Below, one piece after another: positions 59,284 to 64,000 of a stretch of DNA of 64,000 bases. Numbering within the stretch: the stretch's first letter is position 1; every line of letters begins with the position of its first letter. Made by a program: the position numbers and the translations under genes. A model generated the notes under the pieces. That model searched no databases, was not told where the DNA came from, and saw only the letters and a list, made by a program, of their open reading frames with translations. This stretch comes from Psammoneis japonica (lineage: Eukaryota). The DNA lies in contig QPGO01000090.1 of NCBI GenBank assembly GCA_008632985.1, positions 186,001-250,000 of the forward strand, given 5' to 3'.

Positions 59284-60599
59284 ATGACGAGTTCTACCTT
59301 TGACATTGAAAGCCCACCTGTGGCTGCTGACTGGCGCATCGAGCTGTTTGGGCCCAGCATTCAACAGTATGGTGAGCCCAACGACACCGGTCTCGTCCCA
59401 ACGGAGCAAGCACTTGACGCCGACACCTTTGACTATGTCGGAGTATTCTTCGGTGCTGATTATTGTCCCCACTGCAAGCTGTTTGCGCCTAAACTTGTCG
59501 AGGCCTATCAGAAGTCCCTTCAGTTCAAGAAGCTCAAGGTCATCTTTGCGAGTAACGATCGCGATGTTGAGGCATACGATCGCAGTTGTGCGAAACTCAA
59601 GGGCATTGATTCGATCCCTTACGACACCTCCCGTACTCGTCATATGCGCGATATATGGGGATTCAAGACCATTCCCGCCTTTGTGATTCTGAAGAACACA
59701 GACTTCGACGCAGAAGCGCCTCCGGTTGTGACCCTCGACGCTCGTCGTCGACTCGAGAACGACATGCCCGGCATTCAATTCCCCTGGCAAGATCCTGAAG
59801 AAGGGTTCCCAGACAAGAGTAAAAGCCAAAAGGCCGTTTCTGGCTGGGATCGTTTCATTATCAGTGGCGACTACGGCAAGTGGTACAGTCTCGGGCACAA
59901 GACAAACCCCGACAAGCCGGATGAGATGTACATGGACGAACACGCGGTTCGCATCAGGGCCGGAATCCTAAACTCCATCACATGGGTACGTAAATGCCAG
60001 ATGCATATTGCAGCGCCTAAATTACTGTTCAATGCTCTCAACCTATTTGGGCGTTATTGTTGATCTCTTTCCATCGTAGATCGCCCTGATGAATGTATTC
60101 TTCTGGAACAAAACTGATCTCGTGGAAATTTTGTTCCCCATTATTGGTGAGTGATTCCCCTGTGTGCTCACGCGCATGTATTCAAGCAGCATCGTCTGGG
60201 TTCTGATCACTCACCGCTGCCTTTTGTGTCTCTTCCTCGACAGTGTGGGAATTTCTGACATCGAGTTTCTTTGGCTTGACCCCCCTCGCCCCCCTCGGCA
60301 CAATTGCTACTCTCATTGCCATGTTGCTGCAGCCGAACCCACTATGGAAACCCGCTCCACCCAAAAGGTTTGCCTGGATGATTGGCCTCACGTTAGCATC
60401 CATTTGCTTTGCTTTTGTCCAAATTGGCAAAGACGATCTCGGAAACGCGTACAAGCCCTTGGTGGCGACAGTCGTATTCACTTGCAATGTATTTACATGG
60501 CTGGAATCATCTGCAGGGTTCTGCTTTGGATGCTTCGTCTACAACACATATCTGGTCCCCATGATGGGTCTTGAGGAGTGCTCCGAATGCAAAATCTAA
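59284..60599 (+). CDS. Nucleoredoxin-like thioredoxin (CPHC) fused to a DUF4395-like membrane domain; two introns
   Basis: VGVFFGADYCPHCKLFAPKL...VIFASNDRD...IPAFVIL; then DEHAVRIRAG, PKRFAWMIG, WLESSAGFCFGCFVY, C-terminal CSECKI. Confidence 0.8.
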
Positions 60600-60913
60600 T
60601 AGAGATGTAAAGTCTAAAGTAGATGTGAGCTCGCGCACGTAGTGCGCGGTTTTACGTGATGAGCTATTGTGATGTTCAGAGTCCGTGCATTTTTATGCAA
60701 CATAATGCTAAGGGAGACAATGCGTCTGATGTTCAAGACGTACCGATACAGCACTAGGGTTAGTAATGGCCATTCAACTGTTGGTCCATATAGTCACGAC
60801 AAGTCAAATGTTACTAAGAATTAAGTTGCTGCCACCGATGAGCTCTGCTTAAACACTTTCATACAACATGACACAAACAACCGGCCGATCACCACTCTCC
60901 CCTACCTACGCAT

Positions 60914-63907
60914 CTACATGAAGCTTGCACAAGCCTCCGAAAAGGTTCGATCACCTGTAGGCTCCGGCTCGGGGTAGCCGTAGAACAGGGCACAATCACA
61001 GAGAGTCGGTCGCGGCCCACTACCACACGTGTATTGGATCTCGCAAAGGGAACGAGTCGCCGTGTGGCAGTCTACGAAGTTGTTACTCGCAGCCAGACAG
61101 TTGATCCTCTGCACGTTCTTCGCAGTCTCATCAATCATAGGTACAGGGTCGCGATCGGGCTTAATATTGAAGGTGTACTTGTCAAGCTCGTCTACTGAGA
61201 CTGGAGGCTCTAACGTCTTTCTGGTGATGATAGTGTTCGGGCCTATGTAGAATCGAAACGACGTGAAGAAGAAATCGAGTGTCAAACGTACGTGTATGAA
61301 AAGTGTAAGTCGAACATGATGCGAATGTGTGTCTTACCAGACAACCCAATGGCTGGTGTATGAGTCTGGGCACCCGTGATCATTGCCAAGCCTCCTCCCA
61401 AAGAATGTCCAGTTACGCGGAGAGATGGGTACATATCCTTGGAACGGAGCCAGTTCACAAATGCAGTCGTTTCTACGTAAAAAGCAACCTTCTTGAGACT
61501 GGCATTCTGCAAAACACTAATAAATTCTACAAGCTCTTCCATGATGGGATTCCACATTTCGCCAAGAGGAAGGATGTTTCGAACATATTGTGCCAACGCA
61601 GACGCTGACCATAGTTGTGCGTCACTCAACATGTCCCAACCGTTGCTGGAACGCGTGCGCAGGCGAAGCAAAAACGACGTGAGTTCCGAGAACATCAACC
61701 ACGGGGCCTAAAATATCAAGAGGATTTTTTTCTTACTTGGTTCCGCGAATTGAAACAACGGCAAAGTCAGGGTCGCTTGGAAATGTAATCAGCTTGTAGT
61801 GCACAGCCGATTCAGCCCCATATTGGGCTCCGAATTTCGCAACGGTTTCGACATCATCATACGCCACACCCGGCCCAAACCAAGTGTTTAATAGTGCAGG
61901 CATAGATTCTGGCGACGTGTAGGCGATCGAAGCTAGGTACGCATAGTCAGACATGGCGGTTGAGTTGGAGCCCGGAATGGAGAAGTCGGCCGTCATTGAG
62001 CACGTTGGGTACTTGAAGGTTCTGTCGTCGGGAACGTAACGGAAATCTTCGAGCAGGTTCGACGTGTCACTCCTTCCACCACTATTGCTGCCTCCGGCAA
62101 AGGCGTACAAGAAGAGAAGCATAAAGATCACCACAAATGTAGTGATTATCTTGATCCATACATCCCTGCGTCCTCCTTGGCTGATGCTCGCAACAATCTT
62201 GGCCAAACGATTCTTCTCGCGCCAATCTTCTTCGTCGTCATCGAGATCCGTTTCTTCTGGGCTGCACCTCTGACGAATGAAGTCACCGTCCAACAAGTCC
62301 AAGGAACCCAATTCACTCAACACTGCTGGCACACTAAAGTAATGACGACAGGCCGAAAACAATCCCAAAACGAGAAACAACAATGCAATTGCATTATTTC
62401 CAATGTCCAGCAGCATCCAAAGGGGAAAGGCAAAGAGAAATACAATCTCCAGAATAAAAGTAATCCAGCAAACCTTTTGCGTTGGTTCCGTGATCCGATG
62501 GGTTTCTGTCACTTGATAAATGGCCTTGCTTCCCGAATTTGCACTCGTGTCAGCCTCGTTCACCGTGTCGCGATACGTGTCGTAGATTGCGTAGATGCGG
62601 CGAACCGTGTCACGATTGAGAGCCAAAACAAGGACCACCACTACAAGAATCGCAAAAATGGGCAAGCCCATCCAGCGCAAAAAGGCAGTCAACAGGGCGA
62701 GGAGCAGCAGATTCCCAAACACGGCGCAGACCATGCTGGAAATGACCTGAGCAGTTGTGATACGGGAGGGACCATTCACAACCACCACCGCCCGTGCCTT
62801 TTTGCGACGGCAAAATAGCTTTTCCAAGCTCCAAGACGAATCCGTCACAAACAAGGTGCGATCAAGCACGTCTTCGACATTATACTGTCGGACGGGAGTC
62901 TCAAATGTCGTGAACCACGTCTCGGGCATTTTCAAAGTCAATTGGCTATACCAGGAGACCTGTTCGTGTGTGAATTCATGGTCAGCCAGCTGCGATGCGT
63001 CGTAGGACTCATTTGCGTTCGGTAGTTCTTGGGAGCCTTCCACGTAAAACGTGCGGTTTCGGATTCCGGCAAAGCGATGCGACTGGCGCAAAAGAATGGC
63101 TTGCGTAAGAAACTTGCCCAGTTGCATAATGTTAGCATCGCGCAGACCGTACTTGGGATGATGACTGAGCAGTTCGAGGGCGCCCCAGATTTCAAAGATG
63201 AAAACGGCGAATGCAAAGAGACCAAAGGCTACAGTCACGCAGCCAATCCAGACGAGAGCCGTTGTTTCCCACCAATGTTCGCTCGTAAACAGTTGCTTCA
63301 GCATGACTACCAGCGGAATACCCATGAATAGGATAAACGCCATCCAGTCAATGACGACAGGACTGATGCGAATGACGCTCCGAAAGAAGCAATGTCCACG
63401 CCACGTGTCGTGAACAAATTCCGTTGCAATGGTTAGTGCCGAGGCCAAGCCAAAGACAAAAATAGGAATACTAAGAACGGTGCCCAGTAAGTGAAACACG
63501 TTTAAGCGTTGCTTGCTCGACAAACCTCCTTCCACAACGAGCGAAACAAACAAAAACAAAAGCACCTGCAAACAAAAAATGAGCAGAAAGCCCATCATGA
63601 GGACCGTCGCGAGCGTATAAGCACCGCGTAAGAGACTGAGCCCAGAACTACCGTCGGACGTGACCTTGGTCTTGAACAAGACAGAGTGCTCTTTCTCGTG
63701 GTCGCCATCGTGTACATCGCATTCCTGCTCGACAATCTGAAACTGTTCCGTGCCACTGCTGTAGACACGGACGGCTGTTTTTCGAAACCGAATAGTATCA
63801 GATGGCGCTTCGAGGCTGAAATGGTCTACAAAAGTCGATCGAGACTCATAGAGCGACGACGTGCGATCCTGCGAAAGCAACGGGTCACCCTCAGACACCT
63901 CCGCCAT
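60914..63907 (-). CDS. Multi-pass membrane protein with C-terminal class 3 lipase domain (multi-exon)
   Basis: About 9-10 TM segments, AVVSIRGT, LRVTGHSLGGGLAMITG, PDRDPVPMID, DCH. Confidence 0.85.
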
Positions 63908-64000
63908 GGCGATAAGTGATTCTTATGCAACTTATGCTGGTAAGATACTCCTCTACTTCCCTTCGTAGGAGATATGGCCTATATGCACCTTCTGTTTCGC

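Noticed and set aside
1..64000. Prokaryotic origin or contamination suggested by ctpA, obg, terC and rps16
   Set aside because: These genes have spliceosomal introns, most have organelle-targeting presequences, and they lie among ArfGAP, PSMD9 and LTR elements

Overview
Eukaryotic, intron-containing nuclear DNA. It is most likely from a diatom, judging by bipartite plastid-targeting presequences, plastid CtpA/Obg/TerC, short GT-AG introns and a CoDi-like copia element. About 20 ordinary genes are interrupted by three large islands (about 8.85-14.6 kb, 21.2-25.9 kb and 46.3-54.0 kb) of transposon and pseudogene DNA. The main finding is the mutational signature of these islands. TpA dinucleotides are almost eliminated by conversion to TpG/CpA (A:T->G:C, Tyr->Cys/His at conserved motif positions), the reverse of fungal RIP. 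This extends beyond, and apparently precedes, ordinary CpG decay, which suggests a repeat-targeted adenine hypermutation process. A young, intact Ty1/copia element (14643-21219, 347-bp LTRs, CTCTT target-site duplication) has split a bacterial-type vanadium haloperoxidase gene. It shows an in-frame gag-TGA-pol junction, a hydrophobic segment before the protease, and an atypical primer-binding site matching the D-arm of initiator tRNA-Met. An old, decayed copia lies on the minus strand at about 47.2-53.6 kb. Several host genes carry single frameshifts that are probably assembly indels. All identifications come from motif recognition and hand inspection; no database searches were run.
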